Assembly: GCA_964016885.1 (NCBI GenBank)
Contig: OZ024740.1
Coordinates: 162,130,001 to 162,194,000, forward strand
DNA: 64,000 bases
DNA from: Eledone cirrhosa
Lineage: Eukaryota
Reading direction: 5' to 3'
Under the pieces are notes generated by a model. It saw only the letters and a list, made by a program, of their open reading frames with translations, did no database searches and was not told the origin of the DNA. Every line of letters begins with the position of its first letter. The stretch's first letter is position 1. Positions 12,611-27,272 of the stretch are shown here, one piece after another. The position numbers were made by a program, and so were the translations under genes.

Positions 12611-12915
12611 ATTGTATATGCCTCCATACACATGAAAAGTATATATATATAAATAACGTACATATGAAAGGAATATATATATAGTTCAAAGAAACGACAA
12701 GACAAGTAGAAAAAGTCTTATTAGTTTCACGGTTTATATGGAAAGGGGGAAATTTACACTGTTTACCTTTTACATATATATATACTACTGTACGTCTGTA
12801 TACATATATGTATGTACGTATACATACATACTTACATTTAAGTAAGTGCCGTACTAAGAGTGAGAAATGAAATTTCGTTTCATTCTATTCCATTTATATA
12901 TATATATATATATAT

Positions 12916-12952
<37 letters not shown>

Positions 12953-13010
12953 TGCGGTGCTGAAAGACTGGGGAGACTACTAATCATGGAAGTATTCATT
13001 GTATGGGGAG

Positions 13011-13104
13011 ATGCAGAGTTGGTGTAGAGATATGTAAAATCTTGACCACGGCGCCAAACCGAAACCGCTTGGCGCCGTGGTCGGGATTTTACATACTCTC
13101 TCTC

Positions 13105-13109
<5 letters not shown>
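13011..13109. repeat. GC-rich hairpin / small fold-back
   Basis: tatgtaaaatcttgaccacggcgccaa / ttggcgccgtggtcgggattttacata. Confidence 0.8.
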
Positions 13110-13190
<81 letters not shown>

Positions 13191-13774
13191 TATCTTTCAT
13201 ATGTGTATGTTATTTATTACAGGCATATATGTAAATAAATATTAACACAGATACAATCTGCTATATGTTATGTTAAATTTTTCGCCAAAAGTCCTCATAG
13301 GGCCTCGATTAAATGTATTGTGTCATTTATATGAAATAATGATAAAACACTTTCCCCTCTCTTGAATTAATCCGTATCTAAAATACAGTGGCATCGAATT
13401 ACAAAATAGCCACAAGATAATTGCACTAAGTTACATATCACTATCTAATAATGAGCTTCGCGAAAGACTAACAGTCAACATAATATTACGTGTTTGTGTG
13501 TATATATGTTACTACTTATTTATTGTACCCCCAACCATCGTCCTATTAGTTGTGAGCAATGAACAAACGTTATTGTTGTTAAGCCTCTCCAGGCAAACGT
13601 ATGATCAATCAAATACGCTCCAGCCGTGACCCTCACATTTGTTTTTAGACGTGTTCATAACAAAGACAACTATTAAGTTAAGACTATATCCTTGGCTCAA
13701 TGTATCTTTCTCTTTTCTTTAGTGTAATTTGAGGGAGATTGGCTGTTATTTCTAACAAATTGAGTGATACACAC

Positions 13775-13935
13775 ACACGCGTGTTCGTTTCGCAAACATA
13801 TGGCTCTGTGTTCAGGCCTACTGCGTGGTTATATTGAGCGAATGTCATGTGATATAGGCTCGTGCTGACTTATGCCTAGTGAGTAGAATTTGGTAGGTGG
13901 AAATTGCAGAAGCCCGACGTATATATGTATATGAG
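13775..13935 (+). mobile_element. Old SINE family C (resembles an abundant octopod SINE); opposite-strand copy at about 19405-19555
   Basis: gttcaggcctactgcgtgg..gtgagtagaatttggtaggtggaaattgcagaagcccgacgtatat; family assignment from memory only. Confidence 0.55.
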
Positions 13936-14159
13936 TGTGACTATGTCTTTGTTTATGTTTGTACCTTTGGGCTTATGCCCGCTATCAATGACTGAAATAA
14001 GTAAAAGAATAAAAGAATATGTTTATTCTGTTAACAAATAAATATCATTCCCATATTTTTGTCTCGTTGAATGTTTTTAACAGACCACATTAAAAATGTT
14101 GTGTTACCACCCACTCCCAGTCGTTTGATAGTTTTTTTTTCTTTCTTTCAATAAACGAT

Positions 14160-14277
14160 AATTGTTTCTACTTTTGGCACAAGGCCAGCAAATACCCAGT
14201 ACATTACTGGTACTTTATTTTATCGACCTCGTAAGGATGAAAGGCAAAGTTAATCTCGGCGGGATTTGAACTCAGAT
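14160..14277 (-). mobile_element. SINE family D fragment (Meta/Sauria-like central domain)
   Basis: ttgtttctacttttggcacaaggccagc..ggtactttattttatcgacc..ggatgaaaggcaaag..gggatttgaactcaga; many copies in the window. Confidence 0.8.
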
Positions 14278-14759
14278 CAAACAATAATAACGCCTCAGAT
14301 AACCCCCATTGACTATATATAATACTGCTTCAGCAATCGACCTGTTAGAAATAGCAAACCAATCTACTTCAAATTACACTTAACAGTTTTAAATAAGTCG
14401 ATACCATATTAGATAATATAGTCCTACAAATTATTAAAAATGTAAGATAATCACAAGTGTGATGTCTTTTACGATAGGTAATGTCTGATCTTACCCTACA
14501 TTACTACCCTTCATTTGTCGAGCCCAGCTCCACTAGTACCCACTCGCGGTATGTTGATGTCCACCATTCTTTCTTTCAATAAACTCCATTTTATTTATTC
14601 ATTTATTTTTACAAATCTCTGGTACTCTTTTCAGTTTAATATTGTCTTTCAAAAATAAATAAGCCAATTCAAATACAAACGTCTCAAAATTCTCAAGCCC
14701 CATCTCACACTCTATCCTGGTTTTTGCTATCTCGGTATCGAACCTATCACAGTCAATTT

Positions 14760-14930
14760 TATGGTATGGTCCTGTAACTCCTGATAGAGTCGTATGGGCG
14801 CCATATTGGCATACAGCATTTCTTGGGCATTGGAGCCCATAGCTCTCCAGGCCTGAGTACGGCAGATTTCTTCCAGAGAGAGAGGAAATGAGAAAGAGAT
14901 ATAGAGGAAGAATCGACCCCAGTGTTTGGC
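14760..14930 (-). mobile_element. Retroposon 3' fragment with CCATA tail; homologue at 63760-63870 (+)
   Basis: Both copies share aggcctggagag..caatgcccaagaaa..ggcgcc..acgactc..ggagtta..ggaccataccat. Confidence 0.65.
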
Positions 14931-16279
14931 AGTCAATTAGCGATCTAAAAAAACAACAAAAACTCACAATTCTCATTGGCCTCTCACTTTATAAGCACCA
15001 ACAGCTATGACCACTTATCGCTACGGCAACAGGAACACACACTCACATAAGCCTGGAACTGTTAACTGGCATGAATGGAGCACAACTTTATTTTTATCTG
15101 TTAGTTGGAGAGGGACGGAGAAATATGTCCTCAAACTGGGCGCCTTGATTGAAAGATTGCAACAGATCAGGTCTCAGGTACCCAAAAGACAGGCAGTAGT
15201 ATTAAACTGAGTAATGAATTAAGTGCAACATCCAATTAGGCCACAATGGGATTTGAACTCAGAAGAAAGAATATACTAATGATTTTGTCAGTCTACCACC
15301 CTAGACTTGTACTTTGCCAACTCTGGAAGGATAAAAGGTAAGGTTAAAATTGGTGGAAATTGAATGCAAGAAATCAGATTAACTACTACAAGGCGTTTTT
15401 TCTGACAATAATGCTTCCGCAAATTTTCCACTCCTAGCCTCGCCAGAACCAGCTGCCCACAAGAGTTGATAGTTGGTTATGTGACCCAGCCACCATCACA
15501 GTTTTCCTTAACTTCACATATTTCGCTCAGTCCTTCCCATTTTGTTTCACCCTAGCAGCTACATTAAATACCACTCACATATGTAACAGAAATCCCAAAC
15601 AAGACAAGTTCACAGTAAAACTCCACCACAGGTTTCTAAACTACAACACCACATTTTACTGTGGTGACAATAATCTGTAAGCAAGTTACAAAATTAAGTC
15701 AAATCTGATCAACATTTACAAGTATATATGAAATATGACAACTCATGAATACACTCAGACATGTAATTGGTGACACATGGTATATTTGTTTATTTATTTA
15801 TTTTGTAAATTTCATGTAATAAAAATTTTTATTTTTAAAAAGGCTGCTGTTACCAACGTGAACAATTTTGAAAGCTTTGCCCTAACAAATTCAGTCACAA
15901 GCAGTTGGCAATAGAAAGGGAATTTACTGATAAAAATATACTTTGTATTTATATCTAAACACACATACACACCTTGATAGTCAGTTAATATGGCAGCAGA
16001 GTTAGTCAAGACTAATGAAAACATATATTCAATACATAAAAATAGACTAAAAATCAATAATGATGATGATGGTGTGTTTATTGCTTTTGTGTTGCATCAT
16101 GAATTTAAAAGTAAATAAATATTTGATGTTCCATGAAGTTTACCTTCATGAATTTTTAGGGCCACATGAAAAAGTTCTGAAATGAAGAAAAGAAAATGAA
16201 ATTTACTGATGATCATACCTATTGTAAGTTTAGCTAGTCTTGTATAAATTTAAATTCTAATGTGATTGAAAAATATGGA

Positions 16280-16400
16280 CCTCATTTCTATCATGAAAAG
16301 CAATGTGAAATGAAGCATTTTGTTCAAGAATACAATACATCACCCTGCCTAGGAATCAAAACCACGATCTTATGATTGTGACTCCAACACCCTAACCATT
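16280..16400 (-). mobile_element. Old tRNA/CORE-like SINE head (similar copy at 17015-17165)
   Basis: Degenerate match to the family A/B head. Confidence 0.6.
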
Positions 16401-17497
16401 TGGCCACACACTTTCACACCACTGATTTAACCAAAGTTAGTTCTATTTCAGCAAACCTATAATCAAAGTTTTTCAGCTTTTATCATCCAATCTTTTTATA
16501 TCAAAGACTATATTTATATTGTACAGTGTGGCTTGATTGAGACATGGTTTCCGACGAAACTTCCCTATTTGATTCATACTTGGTTGAAGCCAGTTCAACT
16601 CACTTCAAAGGTATGTTGACACAGATACAGATATAGATATTTCCACTAAATCAAGCAAATGCATTGATGTTCTTTTCTTCATTGGCTTGCAGATTATAAA
16701 ATAGTTAAGACAGGTTTCATGAGTATTATTGGGTTAAAGACACAACTGTAGATCATATATTTTCACTAAATGACACAAAGCTTAAAGCTTTGATTAGAAC
16801 AGAAGGAAAACGAGTTTCTTCAGGCTTTGATTTAAAACAGATAGTTTAAAACAAGATACAAGTAATGGATCAATATTTAAAAAAAAATTTTGTTTTTACA
16901 AGTCTAGATTAAAGGCTCATCAAGCTTTTCATGCAGTGTTAAGTGACTTACAACACAAAACTCTCTTCTGAACAGGATGTCAGTCTGCTGTAAGGCTCTC
17001 CCCAGCTGGTACTACTGGTACCCATATTTTTAGCTAAGTGGACTGAAGTAATGTGAAATGAAATGCCTTGCTCAAGAACACACTGACCCATCCAGTTAAG
17101 GGTTCAAAACCACAACCTTACAATCATGATCCCAATACCCTAACCACTAGCCACATACATTCACATTGTGAATCAAAGTTTATTAAAAAAATAATAAACA
17201 ATTTCTATCTTCAATCATATCAGTTGGTAACTTATAGACTTCTGGGAGGATAAAAGACAAAGTCAACCTCAGTGGGATTTGAACACAGAACATATCAAGG
17301 TACAACACATTATGTAAGATATTGAGTAAAGAGAAATACCCGATTCTACCTTTAATTACAGTTACCTTATAGAACACCAGAAGGATGAAAGGCAAAATCG
17401 AACTAAGGATGTAAAATGAGATCTTTGCCTGAAATCTACTAATTTACCAATGAGAAACAAAAAAGATTCATAGTATATTTGAATTGATAATAGACAT

Positions 17498-17686
17498 AAT
17501 TGTTTCTACTTTTGACACAAGGCCAGCAATTATCCCAGTGCATTACTGGTACTTTATTTTATCGACCCCGTAAAGATGAAAGGTTAAGTTAACCTCGGCA
17601 GCATTTGAACTCAGAATGGCAAGGGCCGTAACTCTATGCATCAAAGCATGGCATCCGACCCTCTACCAATACTGCCAACCCACCGA
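17498..17686 (-). mobile_element. SINE family D, near full length
   Basis: Minus strand has A box-like tggcagtattgg and B box gagttcaaat. Confidence 0.8.
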
Positions 17687-17944
17687 ATTGATAATAGATA
17701 TAATGATTGTTATAGTGCTTCTTGTTTATTCATTAACGAAACACTCAACTGAAAATGATAAGTTAATGATAAATTAATGACATCAATAGTTCTTGAATAT
17801 TCAATAATTAAAAACCCATAGTTGACAGGAATTTCACAGAATGTATCAGAAGCGGAAAACAGGGAAAACAATAAATAAAAACTTTTGGAAGAAATTAAGG
17901 TTAAATTAATATAGAATTCTTTGAATATCAACATCTTTCTCTGT

Positions 17945-17999
<55 letters not shown>

Positions 18000-18663
18000 A
18001 TATATATATATATATATTACTTCCTCCTAATAAGACTGTGTTTTTGCATCCTTGTGTTTATGAAGTTTCAGTTACATATTTGTATTGATTATAGGCATAT
18101 TATGTACATTTCACAGATGGTATATATATATATATATGTGTGTGTACATGTGTGTGTGTGTGTATTCATAAACAATCCTAGGCATATATGAATATTGCAT
18201 AGATATATTTATGCCTACACATATGAATACAGAAACACATAAAACACAATACATATCAACCAAGTTATTTTTTTACAGATCTCATTAGTTTCTTGACATG
18301 ATTTACCTATAAGACTCCACAACTATCACTATGGTATATAGAGAGGTCTAGAAACAGCTACACTTACAAACGCAAAAGCAATGAGGTTTACCAGAAGGAA
18401 ACTAACTCAATGGTTTATTATAGAGAACTGGAAGGATTTATATTTCAAAATTGTAAAGTTCTCGTGGCATATCTTGAGCATTTGAAACCTGACAGACCCC
18501 CATCCCTTTTGTGGTGTGTACAGATTTCTTCCAGGGAAAGAGATATAAGGACCAACTCCAGTACTAGACTGGAGATTTTTAATCTGATACCTCAATGACA
18601 CCTTCTCATTACATGTCTATATATATATCATATATATATTATATATACATATTATATATATAT

Positions 18664-18707
<44 letters not shown>

Positions 18708-18709
<2 letters not shown>

Positions 18710-18918
18710 CGGAGGAGTTGTGGTAAGGAACCAGATGGACCATAATGCACCAGAGTACTCAATACTTAGGGTAGTAGAGTGGGTAATAGGAGAAAGTATG
18801 ACCCCGACGCCAGAGCTCATGCCGTTTCGGCGGCTATCTCTGGACTAAAGTGACTTTAGTCCAGAAATAGCCGTTGAAACGGCTTGAGCTTTGCCGTCGG
18901 GGTCATACTTTCTCCTAT
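18708..18918 (-). mobile_element. Fold-back element carrying only the HHR 3' half (family also at 27090-27272 and 63882-64000)
   Basis: Arms 18786-18851 and 18853-18918; GAAAC-ggc-loop-gcc-GUC-gggg. Confidence 0.75.
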
Positions 18919-20020
18919 ATATATATATATATATATACACATACACACGTATGTATATATATACACAGACACATTCCGTTTGGCAAGAAGTGGCTGATTA
19001 CTTTGTGAATTTCAACACATTATTTTGCGTACTGATTATAAAAATAACCATGTTTTGGGGGGGTTTCTGAGAAATTAATTTAAAAAAAGTTACAACCCTT
19101 TAAAAATTGTATTTTCAAGTAATTTTAGCCAATCGGATATATCCAGCCTCTTCATCTCAGTTCATTCAGAAACACAAGAACTACGATACACGCTAACAAC
19201 AACAATAATCCTCTAGATGTCGCCAACAAAAATTAAGTATGAATATTGTTGTGGATCATCCGTTGGTATCAACGATGAGTTTTCTATTCCATATATCTAT
19301 CCCTCTCTTCGTCCAACTGTTTATATCTATCTATTTTGATTATCTACACATCTATAATATGCGCAAACAGACATGCACATACATATGTATACGCCAGCGC
19401 ATGTACTCGGCGGTTTCCTTGTACCAAATTCACTAACAAGGCACTGATCCATCCAAGACTATAGTGAAAGACAGTTAATGAAGGTTGCCACAAAGTGGGG
19501 TCAAATTAGAAAAGAAAATGGTTATGAAGCAAAATACTTAACGTCACAGCCATGTCTTTCACATCTTGATATCCAGAAATAAGCGGGTACTAACGAAGAA
19601 TAACGACTCAGAAATACATGTATATGCTACACTTATTCCGATATTGAGACAGCTGTGATACAATCACAACATTAATTGCGAGATTAAGTTTGTATATGTG
19701 TGTGTGTGCGTCTGTGCTCATATATACATATAAATACAATATATACACTATATATATACATCATATATAAGTATATGATATATATATACATTATATATAT
19801 ATAAGTATATATGATATATATACATTATATATATATAAGTATATATGATATATATATATATAAGTATATATCATATATACTTATATATATATATGTCACT
19901 GGACATATATATACATTATATATATATAAGTATATATGATATATATACATTATATATATATAAGTATATATGATATATATATATATAAGTATATATCATA
20001 TATACTTATATATATATATA

Positions 20021-20465
20021 TCACTGGACCGAGACCTTTGGTGGTACTCGGTAATAGAGAAGACCCGCCTTACCTAAATACAAAGTAAAACCTACTACAG
20101 TCAGTAGGCATCTCTAACAAAATACACCCCCGTCCTACCACCCCCACCCCATCCACACCGCCCCTTCAAAGTAAAGTTATGTTGGTGCCACAACATCCAG
20201 GCCGAAACAAATGAGATCGTGTAGGTGTCACGACAAAAAAACACACAGTCCACGCTGTAATGAGGCCGTGTAGGCAACACGGTAAAAACCTCCCAGCCCC
20301 ACACTGTAAATGTGGTTGGTGTTAGGAAGGGCATCCAGCTGTAGAAAACCCGCCAGACAGTCCTATCCAAGCAATGACAACCACTCTTGCCTCAAGTGGG
20401 AAAACTCCCGTCCAAACCCATGCAAGCGTGGAACATGGACGTTAAACGATGATGATGATGATGAT
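20021..20465 (+). mobile_element. 5'-truncated RTE copy (essentially 3'UTR only)
   Basis: Near-identical to 33715-34150; (GAT)n tail. Confidence 0.9.
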
Positions 20466-20490
20466 ATATACATTCTATATATATAAATAT

Positions 20491-20825
20491 GGAGGCACAT
20501 GGCTTAGTGGTTAGAGCATTGGCCTTGCAATCGAAAGGTTGTGAGATCAATTCTCAGACCGGGTGATGTATTCTTTCCTTGAGCAAGACACTTTATTTCA
20601 CATTGCTCCATTTTACTCAGCTGTAGAAATGAGATGATAGGGACTGGGGTCCATATCATTCCACTGGAAAGTGGTCGTGTAGGTGCCACGGCAAAAAAGC
20701 ACCCAGCACTCACTGTAAATGAGGTTGGTGTTAGGAAGGATATCCAGCTGTAGAAATCAAGCCAGAATCAGTTCCCGTCCCACCCTTGCAAGCAGGGAAA
20801 AGTGGACGTAAAATGATAATGATGA
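20491..20825 (+). mobile_element. SINE family A
   Basis: Same sequence as 4005-4310. Confidence 0.92.
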
Positions 20826-21938
20826 TATATAATATATATATATATATATATTAATATACATTATATATAAGTATATATGATATGTATATATGTATATACA
20901 TTATATATATATAAGTATATATGATATATATATAAATATATATATACATTATACATAAATAATAAGTATATATGATATATGTATATATATACACATTATA
21001 TATATAAGTATATATGATATATATATAGATTATATATACTTATATATATATCATATATACTTATATATATATAATATATACTTATATATATATGTAATAT
21101 ATATATATAATATATATATCATATATTCTTATATATATATAATATATATATATTATATATAATATATCATATATACTTATATATCATATATATATATATC
21201 ATATATACTTATATATAATATATTATATACTTATATATCATATATTATATATCATATATACTTATATATCATATACTTATATATCATATATATATAAATC
21301 ATATATACTTATATATCATATATATATAAATCATATATACTTATATATCATATATATATAAATCATATATACTTATATATCATATATATCATATATACTT
21401 ATATATCATATATATATATATCATATATATATACTTATATATATATATCATATGTATATACATATATATAATATATATATATCATACATCATATATACTT
21501 ATATATATTTATATACCATATTTACTTATATATACATATATCATATATACTTATATATAATATATATATATCATATATATATAATATATATATTATATAT
21601 ACTTATATATAATATATATATTATATATACTTATATATAATATATACTATATACTATATATATAATATATACTATATACTATATATATAATATATACTAT
21701 ATACTATATATAATATATACTATATACTATATATAATATATACTATATATATAATATATACTATATATATATATATTATACTTATATATTATATATATAT
21801 ACTTATAAATAATATATATATACTTATATATAATATATATATACTTATATATTATATATATATACTTATATATAATATATACTTATATATATATATATAT
21901 ATATATCATATATACTTATATATATCATATATACTTAT
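20826..21938. repeat. TA-derived minisatellite (TCATATATACTTATA and TACTATA units)
   Basis: Direct reading. Confidence 0.9.
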
Positions 21939-22236
21939 TCATTTCATTTTCATTTCATTTTACGTCCGCTTTACCCTGCTTGCAAGGGTGGGACGGGAAC
22001 TGATTCTGGCTTGATTCCTACATATGGATGCCCTTCCTAACACCAACCTCATTTACAGTGAGTGGTGGGTGCTTTTTTGCCGTGGCACCTCCACGACCAC
22101 TTTGAATGATATGGGTAAACTGGAGCAATGTGAAATAAAGTGTCTTGCTCAAGGAAACAACACATCACCCGGTCTGAGAATTGAACTCACAACCTTTCGA
22201 TTGCAAACCAATGCTCTAACCACTAAGCCATGTGCC
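21939..22236 (-). mobile_element. SINE family A (internal deletion)
   Basis: Reverse complement of family A. Confidence 0.9.
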
Positions 22237-22250
22237 TATATATATAAACA

Positions 22251-22297
<47 letters not shown>

Positions 22298-22304
22298 GTA
22301 TATA

Positions 22305-22846
<542 letters not shown>

Positions 22847-22867
22847 TTATATATATATATATATATA

Positions 22868-22906
<39 letters not shown>

Positions 22907-22925
22907 TTTATATATATATATATAT

Positions 22926-22986
<61 letters not shown>

Positions 22987-23016
22987 TTATATATATATAT
23001 ATATACTTATATATAT

Positions 23017-23048
<32 letters not shown>

Positions 23049-23516
23049 CTTATATATATATATATATAATATATATATATCATATATAATTATATATTGT
23101 ATATATATATATATATATCATATATAATTATATATTATATATATATAATATATATATGTCATATATATATATATATATGTACATCATATATACTTATATA
23201 TAATATATATATATATGACATATATAAAATGTATGTATATATATTATATATATATATAATCTATATCATATATATATATTATATATATCATATATATATT
23301 ATATATATCATATATATATTATATATATCATATATATAATATATATATTATATATATCATATATATATACATTATATATATGATATATATATATATTTAT
23401 ATATCATATATATACATATATATATACTTATATATATACATATATCATATATACATATATCACATATACTTATATATATATATACATTATATATATATAT
23501 AGATTATATATATTTT

Positions 23517-23733
23517 GTGAGGCGTGTGGCTGAGTGGTTAGAGAATTGGATTCGCAATCGTGAGGTTGTGAGTTTGATTCCTGGACCAGGCAATGGGTTA
23601 TGTCCTTGAGCAAGACACTTTATTTCATGTTGCTCCTTCTACATGGAGTTGCGACCATTAGATAGTATTAGCAATTGGAAAGACCAACGGAAACATCGTT
23701 TCCTCGGTCCGATTTGACGAAAGTCGATCGTTC
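23517..23733 (+). mobile_element. SINE family B
   Basis: A box tggctgagtgg, B box gagtttgattc, tail as in 10200-10290. Confidence 0.88.
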
Positions 23734-23837
23734 CTATATATTATATATGTATACATATATATGTATATATAGATATATGTATATATATATGTATATATAC
23801 GTATATATATATATGTATATATACGTATATATGTATG

Positions 23838-23868
<31 letters not shown>

Positions 23869-23921
23869 ATATACGTATATATATATGTATATATGTATGT
23901 ATATATATGTATATATGTATG

Positions 23922-23954
<33 letters not shown>

Positions 23955-23994
23955 ATATATATATATATGTATGTATATATATATATATATGTAT

Positions 23995-24340
23995 GGAGGC
24001 ACATGGCTTAGTGGTTAGAGCATTGGCCTTGCAATCGAAAGGTTGTGAGTTCAATTCTCAGACCGGGTGATGTGTTGTTTCCTTGAGCAAGACACTTTAT
24101 TTCACATTGCTCCAGTTTACTCAGCTGTAGAAATGAGATGATAGGGACTGGGGTCACTATCATTCCACTGCAAAGTGGTCATGGAGGTGCCACGGCAAAA
24201 AAAGCACCCAGCACTCACTGTAAATGAGGTTGGTGTTAGGAAGGGCATCCAGCTGTAGAAATCAAGCCAGAATCAGTTCCCGTCCCACCCTTGCAAGCAG
24301 GGAAAAAGCGGACGTAAAATGAAATGAAAAATGATGAAAT
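23995..24340 (+). mobile_element. SINE family A
   Basis: Same sequence as 4005-4310. Confidence 0.92.
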
Positions 24341-24415
24341 GTATGTATATATATATATGTATGTATGTATGTATATATATATATATATGTATGTATGTAT
24401 ATATATATATGTATG

Positions 24416-24477
<62 letters not shown>

Positions 24478-24753
24478 GACACCCGGCTGTAACACATGCA
24501 CAAACTAAGCACACAAAAACAAGATGGCATAGGGCAGAACAAAGGAGAGGCACAAAACAAAGAAAAGAATCCCCAGTCACTGAAGAGGTCACAGAATGTG
24601 TGATGAAAGAACTTTGACAATATATGAACAACCGTCCGGTTGTGGAACCAACCAACCGGAAATTTACAAATTTCTGAAATTTATAATAAATTTAAGTGAG
24701 ATCAACTGGTGCATGTGTTTCTTATTGGCAACATGACCCTCCCAAAGTATAAT
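24478..24753 (+). mobile_element. Short PLE 3'-end derivative with an HHR at 24576-24618
   Basis: guca CUGAAGA ggucac..gugau GAAAGAACUU ugac; ends in tgaccctcccaaagtataa like the PLE end at 5895-5920. Confidence 0.75.
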
Positions 24754-24777
24754 ATATATATATATATATATATTGTA

Positions 24778-24827
<50 letters not shown>

Positions 24828-25101
24828 TATATATATATATACACATATATATATATACATAATTATATACATATATATATCATATATACTTATATATATA
24901 ATATATATATACATATATATATATAATATATATTATATCATATATACTTATATATATCATATATATATATCATATATACTTATATATATATCATATATAC
25001 TTATATATATATAATTGTTTCTACCTTTTGGCACAAGGTCAGCAATTACCCAGTACATTACTAGTACTTTATTTTATCGATCCCGTAAACGTATATATAT
25101 C

Positions 25102-25133
<32 letters not shown>

Positions 25134-25134
25134 C

Positions 25135-25247
<113 letters not shown>

Positions 25248-25336
25248 TATATATATGTATGTGTGTATATATATATGTTGTTTAGACACTACCTTGCTCA
25301 CAAGTGTCTTTTTTTAGGCTTCATATCATGTCTCCC

Positions 25337-25407
25337 TATTTTATCTGACGAGAACGCAAATATCGTCCCTGGATGATATTTGTTTTTGAAATGCGCATAA
25401 TAAAATA
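25337..25407 (+). ncRNA. HHR, TATTTT family
   Basis: uauuuuau CUGACGA ..gcaaauaucguc-ccug-gaugauauuugu.. GAAA ugcgca UA auaaaaua; 8-bp stem I; palindromic AUGCGCAU. Confidence 0.85.
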
Positions 25408-25469
25408 CATTGAACTTTTGTAACCATCTTTTAATTTCTTCTTATATATATATATGATATGTATATATT

Positions 25470-25749
25470 AAAGTTGAGACAGTAAACAGAAAACAAAAAA
25501 AACAACGTGGAAGCAAAGAGGCAGTACAAATGTTAATATTAGTTTCACGCTTGAGAGTGGGGGTGGAGGACGACGTTTGGGGCATAAGCCCTTCATCGGG
25601 AGAAAAGTGGGCAGGAAGAGAGTTCCGAGGGTGTGTAGGGGAGTGGTGGAAGCATGTTAAAAAAAAGGGGGGAGGGGGCATTTTTTTTAGAGAGTAAAAA
25701 AATAAAAAGAAACAAGTGGTGAAAGGGCGTGTAGAGATTTTACTACTAG

Positions 25750-25752
<3 letters not shown>
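25470..25752 (-). mobile_element. Homologue of 4397-4600 with a decayed HHR (25569-25600)
   Basis: ccgauga a gggc-uuau-gccc caaacguc. Confidence 0.55.
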
Positions 25753-25819
<67 letters not shown>

Positions 25820-27089
25820 CTAGTAGTAAAACCATTGTTCATATATATATATGTATATATATTTATAAATTCACACACAATTTAGTAGGGGAAGGTCTCA
25901 TGCCGATTTGTCTTAAAAGGGTTGTTTGACTACTTTTCAAGTTAGTAAGTCTATAAAAATACGTAGGGCTGAGGTGTGTAGACGTTCCCACTTATAGACG
26001 TGAAATAATAGTGATAGTAGTAGTGGTTCTGCCATATATCAGCTCTCATAGAACAAATGTAAAATCATAAAGCATTTTTGTCGTGACCAGCCTGCCTTTT
26101 TTTTTTTTTTACTAAAATTCAATTGTACTAAATGGATTACATTATCCAATGTGTCCCGATTATAAAACAGTAAAGTGGTAATTCGCGAGGAAACTTAGCT
26201 GCCATTTTTAGAAGTGAGGAATCTCGTTAGTACCAAGCGCACATAAAATAACAACCTGTTGGTGTGCTGAGAAAAATAATGACCCTTTAATTTCACACAT
26301 TCATACGTTGGCAATTGATATGAAAATAATGTTTGGTTTAAAAATCTTAAACTTGTTTTTTTTTATATACGTTTTAGGCAACTTGGTCAAGAAGCAGTTT
26401 CAAATTCGAATGCGCACGAGAAGGGTTCCATACTCCTGGAGTAGTAGAATTTCACTCTAAGCTAGTTGCTTATTATTTAAGATAGTAATGTGTATTGATT
26501 CACGTGGGGATTTCGTTTCTATTTCTAGCAAGTCAAGAAAGTGAAAAGAGGCTCGTCTGCTTGTTCCATCGCCGACCTGTGAAAAAATATATAATGTAGA
26601 GAAGCGAAGAGGTAAATCCTAATCAAAATACATAGATGAAGAAAAAAGAAAGGCATAATAGAAATCTGTATCCACACACACACGTAGAATATATTTATAT
26701 ATTAAGGCAAAATGAAAAAGTTGAACAGAAAAATATTTTGCACACGCATTCATACATGGATATAAAAAAATGTCATAACCGAAACTGATTTAACTAACCC
26801 CGCCATGCTATTTCACTTGAGTTTCTTCCAAGCAAATATTTTTTAGGGTTTTCAGCCGAAAATAGGTCGGTTCTCCGATTTCACGAAGAAATTGGATTTT
26901 CTAGTTTTATGCAATGGTAGGGGTGGGTATATGAAAAACATACTTTATTTCTTTAATAGGTTTCATGTAGAAACCTAAGCGAAAAGAAAAAATTATTGAC
27001 ATTTAAAAAAATTGAAAAATAATACATGAAAAAGAACGTGAATGTTTATATAAACACGTTGAATGGTAACTATATATATATATATATAT

Positions 27090-27272
27090 AATGAAGAAGG
27101 TGTGGTAAGGAACCAGATGGACCATAACCAATATTTAGGGTAGTAGAGTGAGTAATAAGAAAATGTTTAACCCCCGCGGCAGAGCTCAAGCCGTTTCGAC
27201 GGCTATTTCTGGACCGAAAAAATAGCCGTCGAAACGGCTTGAGCTCTGCCGTCGGGGTTAAACATTTCCACC
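27090..27272 (-). mobile_element. Fold-back element, 18708 family
   Basis: Arms about 27162-27208 and 27220-27267; shared gtggtaaggaaccagatggaccataa. Confidence 0.8.

Noticed and set aside
14599-14976. 125-aa ORF as a host exon
   Set aside because: Its centre is a dispersed repeat also present at 63760-63870; no protein motif recognised
20491-20565. tRNA genes at SINE heads
   Set aside because: A and B boxes are present but there is no convincing full cloverleaf, and each runs into a SINE body
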